Positions 38,991-48,237 of a DNA stretch of 64,000 nucleotides are shown here, one piece after another (the first letter of the stretch is position 1; each line of letters starts with the position of its first letter). The notes beneath the pieces are model-generated. The model saw only the letters and a program-made list of their open reading frames with translations. It did no database searches and was not told where the DNA came from. Both the position numbers and the translations under genes were made by a program. This DNA comes from Saprospiraceae bacterium (GTDB lineage Bacteria > Bacteroidota > Bacteroidia > Chitinophagales > Saprospiraceae), in NCBI GenBank assembly GCA_020631105.1, contig JAHDHW010000005.1, positions 26,926 through 90,925 on the forward strand, given 5' to 3'.

Positions 38991-39737
38991 CTATTTGCTT
39001 ATGGAGTTTAATACTACTGGCTCAATCAATGCTTCCCAGCCATCATATCCTTTGGCATTCATGTGCAGCATATCTTCGATAAAGATAGAGGAATCCGCCT
39101 CCCCTGAAGGAAGCAACATCGCTGGGCTACAGTCTACGAAATGACGCTTCGCTTTACCTTCCAGGTAAGCACTAATCATACGATCGCCTTCCTGATACTG
39201 TGGCCAAAGGGCCCATCTCGCAGGGGAAGGTTTCATGGCAATATAGATTAAGGTCGTATTAGGTAAGCGCTCCTCGATCATGCGATCGAGTTTTTGGAAA
39301 GATTCAAAAACTTGATTTGCATTCGCCCCTTCAGCGATATCATTTTCACCACAATAAAGGACAATAGTCTCCGGAGCATAAGCAAAAATAATGCGCTCCG
39401 CATAATGGATGACCTCAGGAAGAGTAGATCCTCCAAAGCCACGATTAAGTACTGGGACGGGGGCAAAATCTTCGGCCAGACTGGACCACATTCGAATACT
39501 GGAACTTCCGGTAAACAGTACCGTACCTTCTGCTTTGGCACGTGTAGCATCAGCCGTTTCGAAAGCAATAATATCTTTCTCGAAATGATTTAAAGCCTTA
39601 CCGGTATATGAGGTATCTACCGCAATAATTTCTGCAGGAGCAGGTTCCACAAGTACGGTATTAGTATCAGATTGCTCTGATGTACCGCAGGAAGTAGCAA
39701 AACATAAAGTGATTGCTAGCCAAAGAAGGTTTTTCAT
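38991..39737 (-). CDS. SGNH/GDSL-type hydrolase (esterase), lipoprotein
   Basis: Lipobox FATSC. Block I VLFTGSSSIRMW, block II NRGFGGSTL, block III LYCGENDI, and a C-terminal D..H (EDMLHMN). Confidence 0.75.
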   Translation of the reverse strand: MKNLLWLAITLCFATSCGTSEQSDTNTVLVEPAPAEIIAVDTSYTGKALNHFEKDIIAFETADATRAKAEGTVLFTGSSSIRMWSSLAEDFAPVPVLNRGFGGSTLPEVIHYAERIIFAYAPETIVLYCGENDIAEGANANQVFESFQKLDRMIEERLPNTTLIYIAMKPSPARWALWPQYQEGDRMISAYLEGKAKRHFVDCSPAMLLPSGEADSSIFIEDMLHMNAKGYDGWEALIEPVVLNSISK

Positions 39738-39802
39738 TTTTCGTTTGTTTATCCCCTAAGATAAACATAAGCTCAAAAAAAACGATGATTACTTCTTATT
39801 CC

Positions 39803-41194
39803 TTATTCACTTTTACCAAGTTGATTCGGAGAAGTTTTTACGCGATCTACGATCATCTCTCCAATCTTTTGTCCTTGTTCAACCCCAAGATCAATTGCTG
39901 GCCGATAATGAATACCGCCATATAATCGGCTAACTGCTGCCTCGGCGCTTGCCTCTAAAAATGAATTGAACTCGCGCGGTGGTAAACCATATTCTACTTC
40001 AGTGCTGTCAACAAACTGGAACTCCGCACCAAATAAATTCGTCAGCGCTACCGCCGAAGCTGTAGAAATCACAGAGTGGCCAGAGGTGTACTCCGGAAAC
40101 GGAGGCGTCTGTAAAGTTGGTAACCAGTCTTCATCAACATAGGCATTAATTACTGTTTCGGGACGAATAAGGTTACTTCGATATTTTTCATCCCAGCAAC
40201 TGATAAAAGCATCAAACAAGGATATCGAAACTAAGGTATAAGCTTCCAAAGTTTTCATCATATCTGCTTTCGCTTGTTGTGTCGCAATATTGGTAATCCC
40301 CATCCAGTGTCCACCAGGCGTAATTTTTTTGGTAGCATACATAACGTGTCCGGTATGATGCGAAACATAAGGATTACAATCCCAGAATTTTGCAATAGCA
40401 ATTTGTTCTTCATCCAGGTTTTTCACTACATCGTACACCTCCATCATCTCCTTGTAAAACTGACTATTCTTATCCTCACTAAATGGTGTGGGAGGCGGCG
40501 GTGTAAACTGTTGAGCAGAATCAATCACCAGCGTACGAATCTCTCGCCAGTGTGGCTCAATTCCATCCATGTAATCCGGAGGTGTTGGTTTCCACATCGC
40601 AGGATCTTCCGGTATCGTATACTTAGGAAAGGTCCGTGTTTCATTATACATATCCGTACTCACCCATTTTAAAACGTGGTCACTTACCAACTGTCCATAA
40701 GCGATAGAATTATCATACACCTCCTTTGGCATTCCAAGGTCTTTGAACTCCTGATAAATTTCCTTCTGAAACATTTCCATTTTTTCTTCAGAGAAAATCA
40801 AAAACTTACCCGTCTTTAAAAAAGCATGGATGCTTGCCAATGGAAAACAGATTTCCTGATCAGCAGCAGGCTGAGGTACATTTTGTAATTCATTTAACTG
40901 TCCCTGCAAGGATTGATACTCCGGATATTCATGTCGTAGCACTTCATATGCTGCAACACTTGGATAAACATAGATTCGACTAGCCTGTGGTGGAGAGAAG
41001 ATATCATGCACTATGATGTCCGTTAAGCGCTTCATTGACCGGTGGAAGTAGGCCGGATTCTTTGCCTCTTCATTATAATTTGGATTCACCTCAGCCGTAA
41101 AGCTAGGATCAGTGTTTGATCCGGGACGGCAGCTCCAGGTAGTCATAAAAATACTACCCAGCAATACGAAAGCGATGATTTTACCTATGTGCAT
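39803..41194 (-). CDS. PAP2-superfamily / vanadium-dependent haloperoxidase-like lipoprotein (paralog 1)
   Basis: Lipobox-like TTWSC. Motifs KYRSNLIRP (Kx6RP), TSGHS (SGH) and SRLYGGIHYRPAID (SRx5H). Collinear with the 43429-44760 product. Confidence 0.8.
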   Translation of the reverse strand: MHIGKIIAFVLLGSIFMTTWSCRPGSNTDPSFTAEVNPNYNEEAKNPAYFHRSMKRLTDIIVHDIFSPPQASRIYVYPSVAAYEVLRHEYPEYQSLQGQLNELQNVPQPAADQEICFPLASIHAFLKTGKFLIFSEEKMEMFQKEIYQEFKDLGMPKEVYDNSIAYGQLVSDHVLKWVSTDMYNETRTFPKYTIPEDPAMWKPTPPDYMDGIEPHWREIRTLVIDSAQQFTPPPPTPFSEDKNSQFYKEMMEVYDVVKNLDEEQIAIAKFWDCNPYVSHHTGHVMYATKKITPGGHWMGITNIATQQAKADMMKTLEAYTLVSISLFDAFISCWDEKYRSNLIRPETVINAYVDEDWLPTLQTPPFPEYTSGHSVISTASAVALTNLFGAEFQFVDSTEVEYGLPPREFNSFLEASAEAAVSRLYGGIHYRPAIDLGVEQGQKIGEMIVDRVKTSPNQLGKSE

Positions 41195-41401
41195 AAGAAT
41201 ATAATTTTCTGATCAAAGGACTGCAAAATTACGAAAGATATCATAAACCCGTGCAGCCTGACGCATGACAAATATCAATGGCTGCAGACATTAGATTCTG
41301 ATATTGCCTTAGGTTATTAACGTTTATTCGCTGGTATTAGCCGCCTCTGATCGACTCCAAGGTATTTTAAGCTTAGAGAAACCCTGCCGTAGGAACTATC
41401 C

Positions 41402-43432
41402 CTACTCGACTTTATAAGTTTTCTTATCCAGACCGATTCCCTTTAAGGTTAAGGATTTAATTTCCTTTGGAAGCTTTTGTTTGAACTGCGTAATGCCTTC
41501 GTCAGAGATATCCAAGCCACCCAAACCATTAAGCACAGCTTGTAACATTCCTCCGGCACCCGTAGCAAAATAAGGGTTCGTTCCACCAGCTGTTTCTGCG
41601 AGCACCCCGAAAGGAGGCACTTTATTAGGCTCATAGCTTTTGATGAACAATTCGTATGCTTTTTCATGTTCCCCCAGGCGAGCATAGAGCGCAGCGAGCA
41701 CTGAATTCCCCATTGCTGGTCCACCGGGAGACATCCGAGGTTCGTAGTATCGAAGGTCTTTAAGGATCTCTTCTTTATCCGTGATGATCTTCATGGGGTA
41801 AGCTAAAAGATTCGCATCACCTTGTTTGATAATTGCACCATTATAGGTTGCGTTTTCCCGGGTCACTCCATCAGGGAATTTGAGGATTGGAATATTATCC
41901 GCCACATGGTTCCAGTCCGGATCAGGAGTCACGCCTAATTCTTGAGCAGCTTGCGTAGCGTAGCGAAGTACGGTAATCGCCATTCCGTTGGTGTAGGCAT
42001 TATTATCAATATTTTCTTCAAACTCATTTGCCCCAATTACATTATTAATGTCATATTTCCCTGGGCCATTTCGCTCTACCCTGCTCGTCCAGAAATCCGC
42101 CACTTCTTTAAGCATTGGATAACCACGTTCGCGCAACCATTCTTTATCTTTTGTCACTTGATAATATTTCCAGAATGCCCAGCCGATATCACCGGTGATG
42201 TGGTGTTGAAATGGTCCGGTCAAAGCCCAGACTGGTGTATCTTCTGTCCCTTCTGCACTTGATTCCCAAGGGAACATTGCTCCATCATAGCCATGAGAAA
42301 AAGCGTTTAGCCTGGCTGCTTCCAGTCTTTCCCAACGATACTCTAGTAGGGACTTGGCAATCTCTGGTTGTAACATCAAAAGAGGCGGATACATCCAGAT
42401 CTCAGTATCCCAGAATACATGACCATTATAGCCCAGGCCTGACAAGCCCATCGGCGAAAGGCTGTAAGCCGTACCGGCACGAGCAAATGAATACAAATGG
42501 TAAATCGCAGAGCGAACATCTCGTTGCACCTGAATATCTCCATCAATGATGATATCGCTTTCCCATAATTTATCCCAGGCTGCATCGTGACGACGAAGTA
42601 ATCGTTCTGTTCCTTCCAAGGCCGCAAATATCGTCAACCGCTCTGCTTCGTTATGGCAATCTTCAAAATGCTCTGTAGAAGTTGCAGATGCGACTACACT
42701 GAATCGGTAGGTCTCCCCTGCTTTTAGCTGCTTATTAAATTTTGCATAGTGCATATTATAATCCCAGTCCTCATGAATAACATCAGGCTCGGAACCATGC
42801 TTCTCTTTAAAAATAAAACTATTCGAAACGGCTACCTTATGTTTTCCGGAAGGGCTCTCCGCAACAGAAGTCAATAAAGGAATTGTCACATGGGGTCGAT
42901 CAATCTCGCTGTATAAATTACGCACATCGTTCAGGTGATTCGGCGCTTCAATTACGGACATTGGTGTAATACGGCAGGCTTCCTTTGCGGTGACTTCTAC
43001 CATCACCATTGATGTAAATGGTAGGTGACGCAAGGCCATCATCGTATGTTTTACACTTACTTTTCCTCCAACATCAAAGCTTGTGGTAAGTGCAGCTTTT
43101 TTCATATTGAGCACTTGCCGATAGTTAGAGATATTATTTCGATTAACACGGACACCATCAACCTCCAGATTCATATTGACATGATTGAAAGTTTTGAGGA
43201 TGTTAGATACCCGGCCGCGCTGATAGTAGTCGTAGACTCCGTTAAGGACAACGTCCTGTACCCGCATGGGTTCGGGCGAGGATACGAGTCCGATCATGCC
43301 GTTAGCACAAGTGATACCAAAATAATTATTAGGGTCAAAGTCCTGAGCAGTAATTGTCCAGGCATCATTATTAGATTGCGCAGTTGCAAATTGCAGTAAG
43401 CCCAATAAGCCTAGGAAAAGTAAAGTTCTCAT
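41402..43432 (-). CDS. Glycoside hydrolase family 65 protein, secreted
   Basis: Signal peptide MRTLLFLGLLGLLQFATAQ. GYNGHVFWDTEIWMYPPLL and GAMFPWESSAEGTEDTP are GH65-type motifs. The ATG overlaps the upstream stop (ATGA at 43429-43432). Confidence 0.75.
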   Translation of the reverse strand: MRTLLFLGLLGLLQFATAQSNNDAWTITAQDFDPNNYFGITCANGMIGLVSSPEPMRVQDVVLNGVYDYYQRGRVSNILKTFNHVNMNLEVDGVRVNRNNISNYRQVLNMKKAALTTSFDVGGKVSVKHTMMALRHLPFTSMVMVEVTAKEACRITPMSVIEAPNHLNDVRNLYSEIDRPHVTIPLLTSVAESPSGKHKVAVSNSFIFKEKHGSEPDVIHEDWDYNMHYAKFNKQLKAGETYRFSVVASATSTEHFEDCHNEAERLTIFAALEGTERLLRRHDAAWDKLWESDIIIDGDIQVQRDVRSAIYHLYSFARAGTAYSLSPMGLSGLGYNGHVFWDTEIWMYPPLLMLQPEIAKSLLEYRWERLEAARLNAFSHGYDGAMFPWESSAEGTEDTPVWALTGPFQHHITGDIGWAFWKYYQVTKDKEWLRERGYPMLKEVADFWTSRVERNGPGKYDINNVIGANEFEENIDNNAYTNGMAITVLRYATQAAQELGVTPDPDWNHVADNIPILKFPDGVTRENATYNGAIIKQGDANLLAYPMKIITDKEEILKDLRYYEPRMSPGGPAMGNSVLAALYARLGEHEKAYELFIKSYEPNKVPPFGVLAETAGGTNPYFATGAGGMLQAVLNGLGGLDISDEGITQFKQKLPKEIKSLTLKGIGLDKKTYKVE

Positions 43433-44760
43433 TTTTTTAATTTTATATTTTCGGTAATATATTGGCCAACTTTTTTACCCTGGTCAACGCCGTATTCAAT
43501 GGCTGGACGAAAATGAATCCCACCGTATAAGCGACTAATCGCAGCCTCATCCGCTGCATCATAAAAGGAGTCAAAGGTTCTGGCAGGTAAGCCATACTCT
43601 ACCTCTGTACTATCTACAAATGCGAAGTTATCCCCAAACAAATTAGTCAGCGCAACCGAGGATGCCGCTGAGATTACACTGTGCCCACTGGTATGCTCCG
43701 GAAACGGAGGCGTCTGTAATAAAGGCAACCAATCCTGGTTTACATATTGATTGATAACCGTTTCAGGGCGTGTCAGATTACTTCGATATTTTTCGTCCCA
43801 GCAACTGATAAATGCATCGAATAAAGAAATCGCCACAAGCGTATATGCCGCAGTGGTTTCCATAAAATCAGCATTGGCTTTTTTGGTAGCAATTTGTGTA
43901 ATGCCCATCCAATGTCCTCCGGGAGAAATCTTTTTGGTCGCAAACATGATGTGACCCTCTACATGAGATACAAAGGGATTACAATCCCAAAATTTCGCAA
44001 TCTCAACATGTTCCGGTTCTGCCTCTGATACCGCATTATATACTTCCATGGTCTCCTGATAAAACCGGCTGTCTTTTTCAAGACTAAAGGCTGTAGGAGG
44101 TAAAGGGACGAATTGTCTGGCTGAATCCAGCACCAGCGTTCTGATCGTATTCCAATGAGGTTCAATACCATCCATGTAATCGGGCGGTGTTGGTGTCCAG
44201 CGTTCTGGATCTTCCCTTACATCATACTTTGGAAAAGAGCGGGTTTCTTTATAATTATCCGTACTCGACCATTTAACAATTGCTTCGCTCATCGCTTCGC
44301 CGTAGGCCAGCGAACGGTCAAAGACCTCCTGCGGGATACCAATTTCTTTAAACGCTTCCAAAAGCTCATCCTGGAAAGCGATCAGTTTTTGTTCAGAAAA
44401 AATGAAATTTTTGGATGTTTGCAAAAAGGCATGAACACTAGCCAAGCCATAACAATAGGCTTTATCTTTTTCAGGCTTTGGTAAGCCTGCTAAGCCATCT
44501 AACTGTCCTTCGAGTGATTGGTAATTCGGATACTGGTGAATGAGCACCTGATAGGCCGCTACACTAGGATAAACATAATTTCGGCTTGCTACCGGAGGGG
44601 AGAAGATATCATGGACGATTACATCCGTCAGACTTTTCATAGACCGATGGATGTACTCCGGCTGAAGCGCATCTTCCTGGTAATTTGGGTTGACTTTTTC
44701 TGTTTTACAGCCGAATAGGCTAACTAGCAAAAGCGTAAAGATGATTACTTTATTCTTCAT
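43429..44760 (-). CDS. PAP2-superfamily / vanadium-dependent haloperoxidase-like lipoprotein (paralog 2)
   Basis: Lipobox SLFGC. Motifs KYRSNLTRP, TSGHS and SRLYGGIHFRPAIE. Long collinear identity with paralog 1 (for example DIIVHDIFSPP, FWDCNPFVSH, ISLFDAFISCWDEKYRSNL). Confidence 0.8.
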   Translation of the reverse strand: MKNKVIIFTLLLVSLFGCKTEKVNPNYQEDALQPEYIHRSMKSLTDVIVHDIFSPPVASRNYVYPSVAAYQVLIHQYPNYQSLEGQLDGLAGLPKPEKDKAYCYGLASVHAFLQTSKNFIFSEQKLIAFQDELLEAFKEIGIPQEVFDRSLAYGEAMSEAIVKWSSTDNYKETRSFPKYDVREDPERWTPTPPDYMDGIEPHWNTIRTLVLDSARQFVPLPPTAFSLEKDSRFYQETMEVYNAVSEAEPEHVEIAKFWDCNPFVSHVEGHIMFATKKISPGGHWMGITQIATKKANADFMETTAAYTLVAISLFDAFISCWDEKYRSNLTRPETVINQYVNQDWLPLLQTPPFPEHTSGHSVISAASSVALTNLFGDNFAFVDSTEVEYGLPARTFDSFYDAADEAAISRLYGGIHFRPAIEYGVDQGKKVGQYITENIKLKK

Positions 44761-44824
44761 TATTCAAATCACTTTGAGTAGTTAGAGAACATTTAACTCC
44801 TGTTTGGGCTGATGTCTTTTCGTT

Positions 44825-47800
44825 TTACTTCGGCATTCTCAAAATATATTGAGTATCGTTATTTACACTGATTAAATACTCGTCCTTTCCCATTGGCAGA
44901 ATGCCACGAGTATTAAGATTTGCAGGAAGAGGTAGTTGTTGATAATTTTCAAAGGTACCCGTTGCGGCATTGAAATCTTTATACATTCCTCCACTATTCG
45001 CAGTATTCTTCCCAAGCTCGGTAAGATAGTCGTGGTAATTCCCGACGAATAATAAGTTACCTTCATCATTGATACTAAATTCCTGAATAGTACTCAGCTG
45101 CGCATTAAAGGGTAAGGGTTTGCCTTCGTATTTTCCATTCTCAGACAGATAGACCATGGAACGCAATTCCTTTATTTGTTTACGCTCTACAATACTCTCA
45201 GCTTTAATTTGTTGAAAGTCTTTGATATCCTGAACACTAGAAAAGGCATCATAAGTAACGAACTGCTTGCGCACCGAAGGTACTTGTGAGACCAGCTCAT
45301 CCATTGAAGTAAATGGTAAGTAAGTCGAAAAGTAAGGATAGAAAATCAAAGGCTCTGTTTGCCCGTTTTCATCCATATCCATGACGTAAAGTTTGACTGG
45401 TTTTTCAGGGGATGCTTTCCATTTAAAGTTAGCTCCTGCATTACCGGCAATAATATCGAGTTGTCCATCCTGATTAAGATCTTCGAGGTAGATGGTATTC
45501 CAAAGGCCTGCACTTTGTCCAAGGCCCAGCTCGTCTGATTGAAGTTGAAAAGTTCCGTCCCCCTGATTTACGAGTACTCCAATATTCATCCAATCGCCAC
45601 AGAAAACCAAGTCAATATCCTGATCACCATCAATGTCTGCCCACTTACTATCTGTTAATAATCCAAGTCGTTCTTTCAAGGCAATATCAACACCAAAGCC
45701 TCCTTTATTTTTTAGCAGGAAGCTATAAGGAGACAGTCCATAAGAACTGGGGATAGACCGTGCGCCAATAAATATATCTTCGAAGCCATCGCCATCAAAA
45801 TCCGCAACCGCAATTGAGCTTCCGTTCGTATGCGGAAGCGAGAGCGGTAGTCTTTTTAAATTACCCTTTCCATCATTGAGATAGATCCGATCTTCTAGTT
45901 GTTTGTTTAATTCTTTTTCATCATTCCCACCACTAACAACATAAAGATCAAGATCACCATCTTTATCGAAGTCTATTACCGCAGCATCTACATCTTCATA
46001 TTTTGCGTCTTTCTTGAAATCGAGATTCCCTTTTTGCTCAACGAATTCCCCAGCTTTCCGAAGGAACAAACGTGGCTCCTGGTATCTCGCACCTCCAAAA
46101 AACAAATCCTTTTGTCCGTCTTGATCAAAGTCTTCGTACACGACCGCCGGGCCTTCTCTGGATAACAGTTCCGGTATTAATTTGTCTGCATTATAATCAT
46201 CAAACTTATTTTCGATATGCCGAATTTGCAGTTGCTCTAAACTTCCCGCTACTGCCTGCTGCGGGGAGAACACATATGGTTTGGTATCTGCTCCCTTTTT
46301 AATTTCATGTAACTGATTAAGTGCAAGACCTTTAAATACCTCCTTAGTTCGGTCCGGCCAGATCACAACTACTGAATCTATCGTTGTCATATCGCCTAAA
46401 CCAAAATGCAAATTGTGGCTACTGGAGGACTGATAGCCTCGTGTTGTAACATACTGTTGTGTTTTTATTAATTCGCCGGTGTACACTTTGACGATAGCAT
46501 CCTTGGAAGTTTGAGCAGTATTAGCATTGATTAGACTAATGGATACATAATTATTCCCCTTAGTTGAATTTGCTAATAGAGTGGCTTCGGCATTAATATT
46601 ATTGACAATTAAATCAAGATCTCCGTCTTTGTCAAAATCTGCATATGCAGCTCCATTCGAGAAAGTGGGTGAACCGATTGTAGAATTTGTCAATTCCGAA
46701 AAACTAAGATCATCATCTTGAGTAAAGAGGATATTTTTTAATTTTTGTGCAGGCATTTTACTAAGAAAAGCATCCAATTGCGCTTGAGTCAAACGCTCAT
46801 TTGCACCAGCGTTTTGGGTATTGACAAACTTAATGTAATCCAAATCATTAGGCCGCTTTACAATCCCGTTAGTAATAAAGATATCGTTGCGGGTATCATT
46901 ATCAAAGTCTTGCAACAGGACGGACCAACTCCAGTCGGTCGCATAAGTATTCGTCATCAAAGCAATATCCGAAAACTGATGATCAGGCATTTGCAATTGC
47001 AAATGGTTACGAGCGTATTGATCTTCAAATCCAAACGTTGACCTTATCTTAAAAACCTGATCGGTATCTTCTCCTCCTGATTTGAGGGCAACGACTTCAT
47101 CATAAGGGAGCATATCTGTTGTAAAGATATCTTGCAGACCATCATTATTCATATCTGTGATGTCAACCCCCATGGTAAATTTTGAACAATGATTGAGTAC
47201 GCCTGGCATTGATTCCTTAAACGACTGACCTTGATTATTGAGGTATACATAATCGTTTTCATGGAAGTCATTACCCACATAGATATCCGTCCAGCCATCA
47301 TTATTGATATCTGCGGTTATCACACATAAACCATAGCCCAATGCACTGCTGTAGATGCCTGCTTCCGCACTTACATCGACAAACTTCGCTTCCGCTTCGT
47401 TTAATCGATTTTCGTAAAGTCGATCTCCTGAAAGTTCGTCTAATTCATTTCGTTTGGAAATTTTACCGTAGCTTCTCACAGAATGAACAGAATGGTTGAG
47501 CAGGTACATATCCAAATCACCATCCCGGTCATAATCAAAAAAGGAAGCCTGGGTTGAATAACCGGAGAAGTCTAATCCATACTGCCCGGCGGATTCCGTG
47601 AAAGTCGCATCTCCATTATTGATGTATAATTCATTATGTGTTGCCTCACCAGAGATAGGCGCAACCTTACAAACGTAGATATCCAGTAAACCGTCACCAT
47701 TTACATCGTCCATTGATACTCCGCTGGACCAATCAGAATTGGTCTTGATGCCACTTTGGTTTGTAATGTCTGTAAACTTTAAATCCCCTTGATTTAAAAA

Positions 47801-48076
47801 AAGTTTGTCCTGACCTTGGTTAGCCGTCAGCATAACATCTTCTAAGCCATCGCTATTAATGTCGCCAACGGCGACTCCTCCTCCATTATAATAATAGAGG
47901 TATTCCAAGATATTTAGTTCGCTAGTTGGATTAAGGTTATTCGAAAAAGAAAGTCCACTTGCCGTACTATTCTTTTCTGTAAAAAGAGCTGCGGTCGTTG
48001 CCGATTCTATTTGTGGTTCAGTATTACAGGCCAGTGTAAGCAACAAAAAAAGGAAGACTATATACTTGTTATGCAT
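44825..48076 (-). CDS. FG-GAP/VCBS repeat + ASPIC/UnbV domain lipoprotein (CRTAC1-like), paralog a
   Basis: Lipobox LTLAC. Repeated DxDxDGxxD loops (GDINSDGLEDV, DDVNGDGLLDIYV, FDYDRDGDLDMYL, ADFDKDGDLDLIV...). Central ASPIC/UnbV-type segment ...TTRGYQSSSSHNLHFGLGDMTTIDSVVVIWPD. A second propeller half follows. Confidence 0.88.
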   Translation of the reverse strand: MHNKYIVFLFLLLTLACNTEPQIESATTAALFTEKNSTASGLSFSNNLNPTSELNILEYLYYYNGGGVAVGDINSDGLEDVMLTANQGQDKLFLNQGDLKFTDITNQSGIKTNSDWSSGVSMDDVNGDGLLDIYVCKVAPISGEATHNELYINNGDATFTESAGQYGLDFSGYSTQASFFDYDRDGDLDMYLLNHSVHSVRSYGKISKRNELDELSGDRLYENRLNEAEAKFVDVSAEAGIYSSALGYGLCVITADINNDGWTDIYVGNDFHENDYVYLNNQGQSFKESMPGVLNHCSKFTMGVDITDMNNDGLQDIFTTDMLPYDEVVALKSGGEDTDQVFKIRSTFGFEDQYARNHLQLQMPDHQFSDIALMTNTYATDWSWSVLLQDFDNDTRNDIFITNGIVKRPNDLDYIKFVNTQNAGANERLTQAQLDAFLSKMPAQKLKNILFTQDDDLSFSELTNSTIGSPTFSNGAAYADFDKDGDLDLIVNNINAEATLLANSTKGNNYVSISLINANTAQTSKDAIVKVYTGELIKTQQYVTTRGYQSSSSHNLHFGLGDMTTIDSVVVIWPDRTKEVFKGLALNQLHEIKKGADTKPYVFSPQQAVAGSLEQLQIRHIENKFDDYNADKLIPELLSREGPAVVYEDFDQDGQKDLFFGGARYQEPRLFLRKAGEFVEQKGNLDFKKDAKYEDVDAAVIDFDKDGDLDLYVVSGGNDEKELNKQLEDRIYLNDGKGNLKRLPLSLPHTNGSSIAVADFDGDGFEDIFIGARSIPSSYGLSPYSFLLKNKGGFGVDIALKERLGLLTDSKWADIDGDQDIDLVFCGDWMNIGVLVNQGDGTFQLQSDELGLGQSAGLWNTIYLEDLNQDGQLDIIAGNAGANFKWKASPEKPVKLYVMDMDENGQTEPLIFYPYFSTYLPFTSMDELVSQVPSVRKQFVTYDAFSSVQDIKDFQQIKAESIVERKQIKELRSMVYLSENGKYEGKPLPFNAQLSTIQEFSINDEGNLLFVGNYHDYLTELGKNTANSGGMYKDFNAATGTFENYQQLPLPANLNTRGILPMGKDEYLISVNNDTQYILRMPK

Positions 48077-48174
48077 GGTTATATTTTTGGTGCCTGATGA
48101 GGGATAAAACCATCAAAGCACTGAAGTTGTTTTTATCTTTAAAAAGAATCAATGCTCCCGTTTCAGCGGGTGAG

Positions 48175-48205
48175 TCCTGATAATTCGTGTAAACGAATAT
48201 CAGGA
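48175..48205 (-). terminator. Hairpin between CRTAC1-like paralogs b and a (possible attenuator or processing site)
   Basis: TCCTGATAATTCGT-GTAA-ACGAATATCAGGA (13 bp with one bulge), 33 nt past the paralog b stop. The T-tract is weak. Confidence 0.35.
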
Positions 48206-48237
48206 TGAAGGATCAGCGAATGAAAAAAATACAATTG

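Noticed and set aside
39278-44718. Numerous 60-130-aa ORFs overlapping the SGNH, vHPO-like, GH65 and CRTAC1-like genes on either strand
   Set aside because: All are nested in or antisense to long ORFs with strong family motifs. None has a signal peptide or any recognisable motif.
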